Assembly (NCBI GenBank): GCA_963663165.1
Contig: OY760175.1
Coordinates: 4,704,001 to 4,768,000 of the forward strand
DNA length: 64,000 nt
From: an uncultured Desulfospira sp.
GTDB taxonomy: Bacteria > Desulfobacterota > Desulfobacteria > Desulfobacterales > Desulfobacteraceae
Direction: 5' to 3'
Positions 49,505 through 59,034 of the stretch are shown piece by piece. Within the stretch, counting starts at the first letter, position 1; each line of letters begins with the position of its first letter. The translations under genes were made by a program, and so were the position numbers. Below the pieces are notes generated by a model, which had not been told where the DNA came from, did not search any database, and was given only the letters and a program-made list of their open reading frames with translations.

Positions 49505-49864
49505 ATGGAAGAACAACAATTGAATTGGTTCAAGGAGATCCTTGAGCGGCAACTTGAAATCCTGCTGGTTCAATCCGGACATGCGGTTTCAGAGCTGCTG
49601 TCCGAAAATTCCCGGGAAATTGACGATTTCGATCAGGTGCTTGTTGCCGCAGACCGGGCGTTGAAGCTGCGGATCAAGTCCAGAGAGAGCCATTTGATTA
49701 AAAAAATCGTAAAGGCCCTTAAAAGTATTGAAGACAAGACCTTCGGCACCTGTGAAATATGCGGGGATGAGATCGGCATCCGAAGGCTTGAAGCCAGGCC
49801 GGTGGCCACCAAATGTATCCGCTGCAAGACAGAAGAAGAACGGCTTGAACGGCTGGCCGGGTGA
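49505..49864 (+). CDS. DksA/TraR family C4 zinc-finger protein
   Basis: RESHLIKKIVKAL, FGTCEICGDEIGIRRLEARPVATKCIRCK; coiled-coil tip DDFDQV. Confidence 0.9.
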   Translation: MEEQQLNWFKEILERQLEILLVQSGHAVSELLSENSREIDDFDQVLVAADRALKLRIKSRESHLIKKIVKALKSIEDKTFGTCEICGDEIGIRRLEARPVATKCIRCKTEEERLERLAG

Positions 49865-49902
49865 GATGTATGTAAAACATCTCGTTGCCTGACGGTAATG
49901 AT

Positions 49903-49933
49903 AAAAAAGGCCCTGGTTTTCCAGGGCCTTTTT
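49903..49933. terminator. Bidirectional terminator
   Basis: AAAAAAGGCCCTGG-TTTT-CCAGGGCCTTTTT. Confidence 0.85.
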
Positions 49934-49934
49934 G

Positions 49935-50417
49935 TTACATCTTGTATCCGATAGTTCTCAAAAAGCCTTTCCGCCGTTTGATATCTTCTTCATTTTCAAT
50001 GCCTTTGGGAGAGAATCCGTCAATAATGCCAAGGACCCCCCGCCCCTGTTCGGTTTCCGCGATGATGACCTGGACCGGGTTGGCCGTGGCGCAGTGGATC
50101 CGGCAGACTTCAGGCACGTTCTGGATGGTGTTCAGGATGTTGATGGGAAACATATCTTTCATGAAAATGATAAACGAGTGGCCGGCACCAATCTCCCAGG
50201 CATTTTTTCTGGCCAGTTCAATCAGGGCCTCGTCAGTGCCGCTGTAGCGCACCAGCTGTTCAATAGACGCCTCGCAGAAAGCCACGCCGAATTTGGCATT
50301 GGGCACGGTGTTGACAATGGCTTCGTGGATATCTTCTATGGTTTTGATAAAATGGGAATGGCCAAAGATCATGTTCAGCTCATCCGGATTTTCAATGGTT
50401 ACGGTTTTCAGTTCCAT
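49935..50417 (-). CDS. Adenosine-specific kinase family protein (DUF355)
   Basis: GHSHFIKTIED, FGVAFCEAS, IGAGHSF, CATANP, GRGVLGIIDG. Confidence 0.85.
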   Translation of the reverse strand: MELKTVTIENPDELNMIFGHSHFIKTIEDIHEAIVNTVPNAKFGVAFCEASIEQLVRYSGTDEALIELARKNAWEIGAGHSFIIFMKDMFPINILNTIQNVPEVCRIHCATANPVQVIIAETEQGRGVLGIIDGFSPKGIENEEDIKRRKGFLRTIGYKM

Positions 50418-50531
50418 GGGACGCTCCTTTCTTGGTTAAGGTTGGTGCCGGGCAGGGCATATCTGTTATGGCAAGTTTTCTTTGTATACAACAAATATTG
50501 AAACCTATCCAACGATTTGCTGTTATTGAGG

Positions 50532-52673
50532 TCAGCTTTTTATCAGCAGCTCCGTGTTGAAGGGCAGCCGGGTAAGCCGTATGCCTGTTGCGCTGAATAC
50601 GGCATTGGCCACAGCAGGTGCCACCGACGGGAACACCGGTTCACCAATACCGCCGGCCTTAAGGTTGCTGGGGACAATATGGACTTCTATTTCAGGGACA
50701 TCGGACATGGTCAGCAGGGAATATTCATCAAAATTGGTAGTTTTGACGCCGCCGCCGGCAAACCGCACTTTTTCATAAAATGCAACGCTAAGCCCCATGA
50801 TCACCCCGCCTTCGGCCTGGGCCCGGATGGCATCCGGATATACGGCGGTGCCGCAGTCTATGGCACAGACCATCTTATGGACGGTTATGCGTCCCTTTTT
50901 ATCCACGGATACTTCGGCCATGTGCGCGGCATGGGACTCAAAACAGGAGGTGACGGCCACCCCTTTTGCCCGGCCCTCTGGCGCCGGGGTCTTCCAGCCG
51001 CCTTTTTTCGCTAACAGTGACAACAGCTTGTGGGGCCGGCTGTCCGGCTTCATGTGGTCAAGACGGAACTGGACCGGGTCTTTGCCGGCGGCGTGGGCCA
51101 GTTCATCCATGGCGGATTCAACGGCAAAGACATTGGTGGAAAAGCCCACGGACCGCCAGAATCCCACCCATATGGGCAGGTCTGCCATCACATATTCCAC
51201 CAGAAGGTTGGGCAGATCATAGGGCATATCCCGGGTGCCGGATACCGCGTCCGGATCAATGCCGTCTTTGACAAAGTCCGGCATGACCCGGGTCATGACA
51301 GACTGGGCGGCCACCTTGTGGGACCAGGCCGTAATCCGGCCGTTTTTGTCCAGCCCGGCCCGGACCCTGGAACGGTTTGCCGGGCGGAAATAATCATTTT
51401 GGAAATCATCCTCACGGGTATTGACCACTTTGACCGGCCGCTTCAGCTCTTTGGAGAGCAGGACCGCATCCATCACCGGGTATACCTCGGCCCGCAGGCC
51501 AAACCCGCCGCCGGCCGGCAGGAGGTTGACCTCCACTTTCTCCGGCGGCAGGCCGGTCAGCTTTGCCCCGGTCATCTGAAAGGCGGTGGCCCCCTGGGTC
51601 GGGGCCCAGATCCGGCACCGGTTAGTTTCCACAAATGCCGTACAATTGATGGGCTCTGCCGGTGAATGGGAAACATAATGGGTTTTGTAAATCCGGTCCA
51701 GGGTCTTTGATGCCGTTTTAAGGGCTTTGGGTGCATCCCCCTTGTTTAAGGCTACCGCCCCCTGTTTATCCAGATATGCATCATAGGCCCGGTCAATGGC
51801 CTCATCGCTTAGATCCGGCATCACGGCACCGGACCATTTGACTTGAAGTGCATCCCGGCCGCTGATGGCCGCCCATGTGGTGGTTGCACAGACCGCAATC
51901 CGGTCATCAAAGGCAACCACCTTTACCACCCCTTTGACCGCCATGGCGGCATCGGTATTAAAAGATACCGGCTTAGCGCCGTATGAAGGGGTCCGGGCCA
52001 CCACCGCAATGCACATATCCGGCAGGGTGAAATCAAAGCCAAACACGGTTTTGCCGTTCACCTTGTCCGGGATATCCAGCCGCCTTTTTTCTGACCCGAT
52101 AATGGTGTATTCTTCCGGGGTCTTAAATGGCGGGGGGGCCGGCACCGGAAGTTTGCCCGCGGCCTGGGCCAGGCTGCCGTAATCCAGGGACCGGCCGTCC
52201 GGACAGGTGACCCTTCCGGAGGCGGTAGAACATTTTTCAACCGGGATCCCCCATTGACCTGCCGCTGCCTGCCTAAGCATCTGTCTTGCGGCGGCCCCGA
52301 CCCTTCGCAGCATATCCCAGCGATGGCGGATGCTGGTGCTCCCGCCGGTTATCTGGGCATGCCACACCGGATCTTTAAATGCTTCTCCGGCCGGTGCCGG
52401 CTTTACACGGACCGTTTCCCAGGCCGCATCAAGTTCATCGGCAATGATCATGGGGATGCCGGTATGGGTCCCCTGACCGAGATTGGTCTGGCCAACCCAG
52501 ACGGTGATCCGGTTATCCGTGGCGATTTCCAGAAATGCGTGGGGCTTAAAAGAGGGATCTGCCATGGCCTGGGCAGACCAGTTCAACAGGGTTATGTGAT
52601 CGGACAATGCACTGACGGCAATCACCAGGCTGGTGTTCTTTAAAAAAGATCTTCTCGAGATTTTGGTTTTCAT
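50532..52673 (-). CDS. Xanthine dehydrogenase family molybdopterin subunit (IorB-like), Tat-exported
   Basis: SRRSFLK, GQGTHT, TGGSTSI, GGGFG, WRSVG, GGIGEP. Confidence 0.92.
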   Translation of the reverse strand: MKTKISRRSFLKNTSLVIAVSALSDHITLLNWSAQAMADPSFKPHAFLEIATDNRITVWVGQTNLGQGTHTGIPMIIADELDAAWETVRVKPAPAGEAFKDPVWHAQITGGSTSIRHRWDMLRRVGAAARQMLRQAAAGQWGIPVEKCSTASGRVTCPDGRSLDYGSLAQAAGKLPVPAPPPFKTPEEYTIIGSEKRRLDIPDKVNGKTVFGFDFTLPDMCIAVVARTPSYGAKPVSFNTDAAMAVKGVVKVVAFDDRIAVCATTTWAAISGRDALQVKWSGAVMPDLSDEAIDRAYDAYLDKQGAVALNKGDAPKALKTASKTLDRIYKTHYVSHSPAEPINCTAFVETNRCRIWAPTQGATAFQMTGAKLTGLPPEKVEVNLLPAGGGFGLRAEVYPVMDAVLLSKELKRPVKVVNTREDDFQNDYFRPANRSRVRAGLDKNGRITAWSHKVAAQSVMTRVMPDFVKDGIDPDAVSGTRDMPYDLPNLLVEYVMADLPIWVGFWRSVGFSTNVFAVESAMDELAHAAGKDPVQFRLDHMKPDSRPHKLLSLLAKKGGWKTPAPEGRAKGVAVTSCFESHAAHMAEVSVDKKGRITVHKMVCAIDCGTAVYPDAIRAQAEGGVIMGLSVAFYEKVRFAGGGVKTTNFDEYSLLTMSDVPEIEVHIVPSNLKAGGIGEPVFPSVAPAVANAVFSATGIRLTRLPFNTELLIKS

Positions 52674-53137
52674 GGCTTATCCTCCCTGTTGCCCGTTATC
52701 TGGGCCGCAAGCACCATGGCCTCTTTTATCCTGGGATGGGTCCCGCAACGGCAGATCACGTTATCCATGGCCTCATTAATCTGGGCTTTGGAAGGATTTT
52801 TTACCGTTGAAAGAAAATCAGCTGCCTGGAGCATGATGCCGGGCTGGCAGTAGCCGCACTGGGGTACCTGTTTTTCAGTCCAGGCCACCTTGACCGGGTG
52901 ATCTTCGGCAAGCCCCTCAATGGTGGTAATCTCACTTTCCGCCGCGTCTGCCACATCCATCACACAGGACCGCCGGGCTGTGCCGTCAATGAGGACCGTA
53001 CACATGCCGCATTCGGCAATGCCGCAGGTGTATTTCACGCTGGTAAACCCTAAGGTGTCCCGCAGCACCCATAAAAGCGGGGTGCCGGGTTCGGCATCTA
53101 CCGTCATGGTTTTTCCGTTAACCTTCAATGAAATCAT
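52670..53137 (-). CDS. (2Fe-2S)-binding subunit (IorA-like)
   Basis: PLLWVLRD, CGIAECGMC, QCGYCQPG, CRCGT. Confidence 0.93.
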   Translation of the reverse strand: MISLKVNGKTMTVDAEPGTPLLWVLRDTLGFTSVKYTCGIAECGMCTVLIDGTARRSCVMDVADAAESEITTIEGLAEDHPVKVAWTEKQVPQCGYCQPGIMLQAADFLSTVKNPSKAQINEAMDNVICRCGTHPRIKEAMVLAAQITGNREDKP

Positions 53138-53364
53138 TGATCATTCCCCCCTTTGGCTATCTGTTAAAGAAAAATGACGGTACCATTGCATGAACAGCCC
53201 GCCGGCCTTAAGTTGAAAATGGAACAGAATTGTTTAATCTGAGATGAAGGCCAGTTTACCACCGGCAAAACATCATTGCCACTTATTTTCATCCTAAAAA
53301 CAATCTGCTAATAAATTTATGCCGATTTCGTCTGGAATAATAACCTTAACTCCAATATGATACA

Positions 53365-53433
53365 GGGATTTAGGCTGAAGGCTGAAGGGATTTAAGGTCG
53401 CGCATCCCTTCAGCCTAACCACCTTCAGCCTAA
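53365..53433. repeat. AGGCTGAAG/CTTCAGCCT hairpin repeat, copy 2
   Basis: GGGATTTAGGCTGAAGGCTGAAGG...CCTTCAGCCTAACCACCTTCAGCCTAA. Confidence 0.7.
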
Positions 53434-53520
53434 GTACCTTTTTTACGGCCTTGAAAACAGGCTTGCCTTCTTTTAAGCTATGGGTTGCAATATTAGCCTT
53501 TAACCTTAAGGAGATCAAAA

Positions 53521-54162
53521 ATGACAGATAAAACAGCGGTGCTGGCAGTGGATGTCCAGGGGGATTTTACCCAGTTAAAACAAGGCGCCCTCGCCGTTGA
53601 GGGAACCGGGAAGGCGTATCTGGATGAGGTTGTGGCTTGCGTTGAAAAATTCAAAAAGGCCGGATACCCCGTCATTGCAACCCAGGACTGGCACCCCGGG
53701 GACCATATTTCCTTTTATACCAATACACCCGGGGCAGCCGTGTTAGATGTCCTGGATATTGACGGCAGATCCCAGGTGTTGTGGCCCCCCCATTGTATCC
53801 AGGAAAGCGAAAATGCCGGTATTCTGATGGATGGTGCCCTGGTTGACCAGGTCATTCAAAAGGGAACCCACCCCAAATACGATTCCTACTCCGGTTTTTT
53901 TGATGACGGCGGGGAACCCACGGGTTTGGAAGCCGCCCTTAAAGAAAGGGGAATTGAGACCATCGTGGTTTTTGGCCTGGCAACGGATTACTGTGTTAAA
54001 GCCACGGCCATGGATGGGTTGGGTCTCGGATTTAAGGTGGTGCTGGTGTCAGATCTATGCCGGGCCGTTTCAGAAGATACCGGTAAAGCGGCTTTGGAAC
54101 AGATGGCCAAAGCCGGTGTCCGCATTCTCCCCCGGCTGCCTGAAAATTTATCACAGATCTGA
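53521..54162 (+). CDS. pncA: Nicotinamidase/pyrazinamidase
   Basis: VDVQGDF, TQDWHP..HISF, WPPHC, KG...DSYSGF, GLATDYCV. Confidence 0.93.
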   Translation: MTDKTAVLAVDVQGDFTQLKQGALAVEGTGKAYLDEVVACVEKFKKAGYPVIATQDWHPGDHISFYTNTPGAAVLDVLDIDGRSQVLWPPHCIQESENAGILMDGALVDQVIQKGTHPKYDSYSGFFDDGGEPTGLEAALKERGIETIVVFGLATDYCVKATAMDGLGLGFKVVLVSDLCRAVSEDTGKAALEQMAKAGVRILPRLPENLSQI

Positions 54163-54344
54163 ATCCTTCCGTTCTTGTTTGGTTGCATTGCCCCCGTCTT
54201 TTCTGGTATATCAGACGGAATATATTTCTCCGGGGCGGTCCGGTTTATCAAACTGCAGCGTCGGAAAGCCTTGCCGGAGAGAGTATACCAAATGATATGG
54301 TGAGTTTGATGCGCCGGGCATCCGGGCAGAACAAAGGAGTTCAC

Positions 54345-54812
54345 ATGGGAAGATGCATAACCACATACAGATGTAAATACTGGGTTGCCGGTCTTCTTGG
54401 GTTAATGCTGGTCCTGGCCTGGCCGGTTTTGGGTCTGGCCGAAGAAAGGGTTGCCATTAAAGCGGCCATCGCGAACATCAGGTCCGGCCCCGGGACCAAT
54501 TATGAAGTCCTATGGCAGGTGGAACAATACCATCCTTTTCTGGAGGTTAAAAAATCCGGAAAATGGATTAAGGTCAAAGATTTTGAAGGGGATGCGGCCT
54601 GGATACATGAATCCCTTGTGGACAAAATCGAAAGCGTAATTACCAAAAAGGCCAAGTCCAATGTCCGGTCCGAACCCTCAACCAAGTCCCGTATTCTGTT
54701 TACGGTTGAGCGGGGTGTCCCGTTTAAGGTCCTCAAACGGCAGGGCGACTGGATTCAGATAGAGCATGCAGATGGAGAAAAGGGGTGGATTTACAAAAGC
54801 CTTGTCTGGTGA
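54345..54812 (+). CDS. Secreted tandem bacterial SH3-domain protein
   Basis: AGGAG RBS, signal peptide, ANIRSGPG...WI and SNVRSEPS...GWI. Confidence 0.88.
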   Translation: MGRCITTYRCKYWVAGLLGLMLVLAWPVLGLAEERVAIKAAIANIRSGPGTNYEVLWQVEQYHPFLEVKKSGKWIKVKDFEGDAAWIHESLVDKIESVITKKAKSNVRSEPSTKSRILFTVERGVPFKVLKRQGDWIQIEHADGEKGWIYKSLVW

Positions 54813-54878
54813 TTTAAAACAAAAGTAAGTACTTAAAAAACCATAAATTTGACTTAACAACAATTGTAAAGGTGGGGC

Positions 54879-55571
54879 ATGGCAGAGCAGCGGGTTTCAA
54901 ACGAGAGAAAAAGAGAGTTGGAGCAGATAGACCCTTTCCAGGAAAACGTGTTAAAAACGGCGGCCTGGGCAAAGGCCCATAAAAAACCGATTTTGATCGG
55001 CATAGCGGCAGTGGTTGCCGTTATCGCGATATTTTCCGGTATTATGGCCAGTTTAAAAAATTCGGAAAACACGGCCTCGGAACTGGTTGCCCAGGCCATT
55101 TCCAAATATGTGACCGAGGCCGGCAAAGACCAGAAAAAAGGATATGAGGCGGTTAAAGACGACTTTAACACCATTTTTGAAGATTACGCCAACACCAGTG
55201 CCGGAAAGACGGCCAGGGTTCAGTTCGCAAAAATTTGTTATGATGCGCAAGATTATGATACGGCCTTTGCCATGTACAGCCATGCCTATGATATCTTTAA
55301 AAAAGATAAAGGCCTGAAAAATTTTTTGCTGACAGCCATGGGCAACGTCTGTCTGGCCAAGAAAGAGACGGAGAAGGCGCAGTCTTATTTTTCCAAAGTG
55401 GAAAAGTCTGATTCAGATCTTTCCAAAGACGGGGCACTGTTCGCTTTGGCCGGCCTTTACGAGGCAGAGAATAAATCTGATCTGAGCCAGAACCTGTATG
55501 AAAAGATTGCTTCCGATTACAAGGACTCTATTTATGGGCAGATAGCAAAAAACAAATCGGCGGCCCGATAA
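54879..55571 (+). CDS. Membrane-anchored tetratricopeptide-repeat protein (YfgM-like)
   Basis: Single TM helix followed by TPR-like helices. Confidence 0.8.
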   Translation: MAEQRVSNERKRELEQIDPFQENVLKTAAWAKAHKKPILIGIAAVVAVIAIFSGIMASLKNSENTASELVAQAISKYVTEAGKDQKKGYEAVKDDFNTIFEDYANTSAGKTARVQFAKICYDAQDYDTAFAMYSHAYDIFKKDKGLKNFLLTAMGNVCLAKKETEKAQSYFSKVEKSDSDLSKDGALFALAGLYEAENKSDLSQNLYEKIASDYKDSIYGQIAKNKSAAR

Positions 55572-55596
55572 CCGTCCGTAAAGATTTCCTGTAAAA

Positions 55597-55679
55597 CTGA
55601 AAAAGGCTGTAAGCTTTACGCTTACAGCCTTTTCCAGAAAAGGAAAAAAAGATGAAAAAACTAACCGAGGTCAGTTGAA
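55597..55679 (-). ncRNA. Candidate sigma-54-dependent small RNA, about 80 nt
   Basis: Bounded by a sigma-54 promoter and a terminator, with no ORF between them on this strand; 5' hairpin AACUGAC-CUCG-GUUAGUU and a pyrimidine-rich linker. Confidence 0.6.
55600..55633. terminator. Bidirectional terminator, perfect 14-bp stem
   Basis: AAAAGGCTGTAAGC-TTTAC-GCTTACAGCCTTTT. Confidence 0.88.
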
Positions 55680-55689
55680 AATTATATAA

Positions 55690-55705
55690 TGCAAAAGCCC
55701 TGCCA
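55690..55705 (-). promoter_or_regulatory. Sigma-54 promoter
   Basis: TGGCAGGGCTTTTGCA on the minus strand, near-consensus. Confidence 0.8.
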
Positions 55706-55836
55706 TTGATCAAAATAAAACTTCATTTTCCCTCTTTTCCTTTTTAACAGCCCGCCGGTCAACGATTTTCTCGTTTTAAAAATTTTTACGCCCTTTATTG
55801 GGGACCAGTTTGCAGCCCTGAATGGGGGAGGTAACA

Positions 55837-55996
55837 GTTCAAAAATTTGAACACTTCCATATCCGTGGCGGGGCGGATTATAGTTAAGTATAAGAGATAA
55901 TAAGGTTTTATTCAGAGTTCAAAATTTTGAACTTTTTTGAATGGGATTTGGATTGGCTTTTATTTCAATGTGTTGGGGAAGTTTAAAATTTTGAAC
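55837..55996. promoter_or_regulatory. Three GTTCAAAATTTTGAAC palindromes (candidate enhancer sites)
   Basis: 55837-55852 GTTCAAAAATTTGAAC; 55917-55932 GTTCAAAATTTTGAAC; 55981-55996 GTTTAAAATTTTGAAC. Confidence 0.8.
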
Positions 55997-56014
55997 CCCA
56001 TGTCCTCTCAAACC

Positions 56015-57388
56015 CTATTTATCAAGGTCATATTTTTTGAGCTTCTGGTTCAGCCCGCTTTTCCCAATCCCCAAAATCCGGGCGGCCTTTGTCTGAACAT
56101 TGCCTGACATTTCCATGGCCCGCTGGATCATCCATTTTTCAACGGCGGCAAGGGTCTCAGACAGGCCTGATTCCTGGGATATCCCTTCCAGGCTGAAACC
56201 CGGGGCGCAGCTTTCACGGATCTGAGGGGGCAGATCCGTTAAGGAGATCATATCCCCGGTGGAGAGGATGGCCGACCGTTCAATGACATTTTCAAGCTCC
56301 CGGACATTGCCGTTCCAGGAATGGTCATACAGTACCTGAATGGCCTCTTTGTTTATCCCCTTAATGGGCCGGTTGGCGGATTCCGGGCCATGGGTGTACT
56401 TTTCGATAAAATGATTGATCAGCAGAGGGATGTCCTCTCTTCGTTCCCGCAGCGGGGGAAGGACGGCCTTGACCACATTGAGACGGTAATACAGGTCTTC
56501 CCTGAAATTTCCTTTTTGAACCTCTTGTTCAAGGGTTTTATTGGTGGCGGCAATGAGCCTGAAATCAACCCGGATGGGCTCGGTCCCGCCCACCCGCTCA
56601 ACCGTTTTTTCCTGGAGAACCCTGAGCAGCTTGACCTGCAGCGGCATGGGCAGTTCGCCGATTTCGTCTAAAAACAGGGTTCCGCCGTGAGCCAGCTCAA
56701 ACCGCCCTTTTTTCATGTTGGCCGCGCCCGTGAACGCCCCTTTTTCATGGCCGAACAGTTCGCTTTCAAGAAGGGATTCGGCAAAAGCCGAACAGTTCAC
56801 CGCCACAAGGGGGGCTTTGCTTCTGGCGCTGTTGTAATGGATGGATTTGGCCACAAGCTCCTTGCCTGTCCCGCTCTCCCCCTCAATCAGCACTGAGGCA
56901 TTGGTGGGGGCCACCTTCTTGATGGTTTCATACAACTCCTGCATGGGCTTGCTTTTTCCGATGATATGATCGAACTGGTACCGGCTGTGCATGGCATCCC
57001 TTAGCAGGTTGTTTTCTTCAACGATCTTATACAGGGCCAGGGCCTTGGCAATATGGGCAATCAGGGCTTCGTTTTCAAAGGGTTTTTGAATAAAGGTGTG
57101 GGCCCCCTTGTGCATGGCTTCAACCGCTTTTTCAACACTGCCGTGAGCCGTCATGACGATGACCGGCAGATCCGGTTTCAATTTTTTGGCCTTTTCAAGC
57201 AGGTCAATGCCGCTCATCCCGGGCATTTTAACGTCGGTGAGAACCAGGTCAATGAGCTGGGTATTTAATATATCCAAGGCTTCCATACCGCTTGAGGCAG
57301 TCAAAGATGCATACCCCTCCTCTTCAAGAACTTCGCTTAGAATCAGGGGGTAATGTTTTTCATCGTCAACAATTAATATGGTTTCCAT
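56015..57388 (-). CDS. Sigma-54-dependent response regulator (NtrC/PilR-like)
   Basis: ILIVDDE, LTDVKMP, GESGTGKE, GAFTGA, WNGNVREL, HTH. Confidence 0.95.
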   Translation of the reverse strand: METILIVDDEKHYPLILSEVLEEEGYASLTASSGMEALDILNTQLIDLVLTDVKMPGMSGIDLLEKAKKLKPDLPVIVMTAHGSVEKAVEAMHKGAHTFIQKPFENEALIAHIAKALALYKIVEENNLLRDAMHSRYQFDHIIGKSKPMQELYETIKKVAPTNASVLIEGESGTGKELVAKSIHYNSARSKAPLVAVNCSAFAESLLESELFGHEKGAFTGAANMKKGRFELAHGGTLFLDEIGELPMPLQVKLLRVLQEKTVERVGGTEPIRVDFRLIAATNKTLEQEVQKGNFREDLYYRLNVVKAVLPPLRERREDIPLLINHFIEKYTHGPESANRPIKGINKEAIQVLYDHSWNGNVRELENVIERSAILSTGDMISLTDLPPQIRESCAPGFSLEGISQESGLSETLAAVEKWMIQRAMEMSGNVQTKAARILGIGKSGLNQKLKKYDLDK

Positions 57389-58821
57389 TCAAACTCCTGA
57401 ATCGGTAGAAAAATTTCAAAAACCGCGCCTGAAGGAACGGCATTGGACACCTCAATCCGGCCATAATGGGCTTCAATAATATTTTTAACGATCCCTAAAC
57501 CAAGGCCGGTGCCGGTGTCCTTGGAGGTATAGAAAGGGGTCCAGATTTTTTTTAACAGGTCCGGGTCTATTCCGTCTCCGTTGTCGGCAAAGCAGATGTG
57601 GATCTGTTCGTCCTTAACACCGGTTGAAATGGTAATGGTTCCGTTTCCCTTTACCGCCTGGAAGGCGTTGAGCAGGATGTTTAAAAACGCCTGGTAGAGC
57701 ATGGGCGGATCTGCCGGAATTTCAGGGATATCCGGGTTAAGCATCTGGATAATTTCAATGCCGGATCCCTCCATCCGGGGGGAAAGAAAGGTAAGGTTTT
57801 TCTCAATCACATCATTGATCTGGCAGGGCCTTAAATCTGGTTTCCTAGGTCTTGCAAAATCAAGGAAATCCGTGATGATATTGTCCAGTCGGGTGGATTC
57901 CTCCACAATAATGTCCGGGATATTGCTGTTGACTTCCAGACGGTCTAATTTCTTTTTTAAAAGCTGGGCACTGCTTTTAATGATCCCCAAAGGATTTCTG
58001 ATTTCATGTGATACGCCGGCGGTCATTTCTCCGATAGCGGACAGGTGTTCTGCCTGCCGGAGTTTCTCCTCAAGTTTTAGCCGTTCTTCCGCCCGCTGTT
58101 CAAGGGTTTTTTCTCCCTGTTTGACAATGTATCTTAAAATGAGAAATAAAATCGCCATTACCCCGGCGCAGGAGGCCACAATCAATCCCTGTAGTTTGAA
58201 CACCTGCTGGTAATCATGGGATATATCCCGGACGATTTCAATGACGCCGATAACGGTCCGGTTATCTGATTTGGAAAGCAGAATTTCCTGCATGAGGGGA
58301 GCAAAGGTGACAATTTTGGTTTCCTGGGGATACCAGAACAAGAGTTCAAGAAAACTGCCTTTCTGGATCAGCTTTGAAGAGGCTTCTTTGTTCATGGCTT
58401 TTTGATAGTAGACCCCACCGGCATCTGTTTTACCGATTTTGGACTCATCAAAGCTGTATCCAATGACATTATCGGTACCATATATATTGACCATGTCTAC
58501 ATGAAAACTGTGGAGCGTGGATTTAATCACCGCATCCAACAGCCTGCTCTGCTCTTTTTCCCTTAATTTGATTTCACCCTTACGCAGGGCCACCGGGGCA
58601 ATAAATCTTAAAAAGATCTGATGGTTAAGGTTTTCAACCAGGAGCATGTTATACTCTTTGCTCTTTTCTAAGAGAATATTTCTTACCCAGTGGGCATTTA
58701 AAGCGGCAATAATTATGGTGGCCGTCAGCATGACGATCATGCTGGAGAAAGTAAATGCCTTGACCAGTATAAATGGTCTTGTCCCTTGTGCGGCGGGGGT
58801 GGGGGAATACCTTTTTTTCAT
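57373..58821 (-). CDS. Membrane sensor histidine kinase (PilS/NtrB-like)
   Basis: 2 TM segments, HEIRNPL, NILLNA, DNGDGI, PFYTSK.TGTGLGL. Confidence 0.95.
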   Translation of the reverse strand: MKKRYSPTPAAQGTRPFILVKAFTFSSMIVMLTATIIIAALNAHWVRNILLEKSKEYNMLLVENLNHQIFLRFIAPVALRKGEIKLREKEQSRLLDAVIKSTLHSFHVDMVNIYGTDNVIGYSFDESKIGKTDAGGVYYQKAMNKEASSKLIQKGSFLELLFWYPQETKIVTFAPLMQEILLSKSDNRTVIGVIEIVRDISHDYQQVFKLQGLIVASCAGVMAILFLILRYIVKQGEKTLEQRAEERLKLEEKLRQAEHLSAIGEMTAGVSHEIRNPLGIIKSSAQLLKKKLDRLEVNSNIPDIIVEESTRLDNIITDFLDFARPRKPDLRPCQINDVIEKNLTFLSPRMEGSGIEIIQMLNPDIPEIPADPPMLYQAFLNILLNAFQAVKGNGTITISTGVKDEQIHICFADNGDGIDPDLLKKIWTPFYTSKDTGTGLGLGIVKNIIEAHYGRIEVSNAVPSGAVFEIFLPIQEFEWKPY

Positions 58822-59034
58822 GGTTGGTCCATATCCGGTTGATCCGTATGGGGATTAAAAACTGCTTTTTTTTTGCTCTTCATAGTCATAACTGGCGATA
58901 ATCCTTGACTTTAGAGCCGTATAGTACCAAAATAAGAAAAAAATTGGTATGATTTATTCTTATCTTACCAGAGTAAAAAGATATTATGTTCTGTTCATAT
59001 CGGCCCAAATGCCGGCCCCCAAGGATGGTAATTT

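Noticed and set aside
55652..55678. Plus-strand 8-codon ORF MKKLTEVS with an AAGGA RBS
   Set aside because: It lies immediately after a terminator with no evident promoter and is better explained as the complement of the sRNA's anti-RBS tract. Not fully excluded.
55837..55996. Three spaced palindromes as a mini CRISPR array
   Set aside because: Repeats are only 16 bp, spacers are unequal (64 and 48 nt), no cas genes are present, and the position fits enhancer sites
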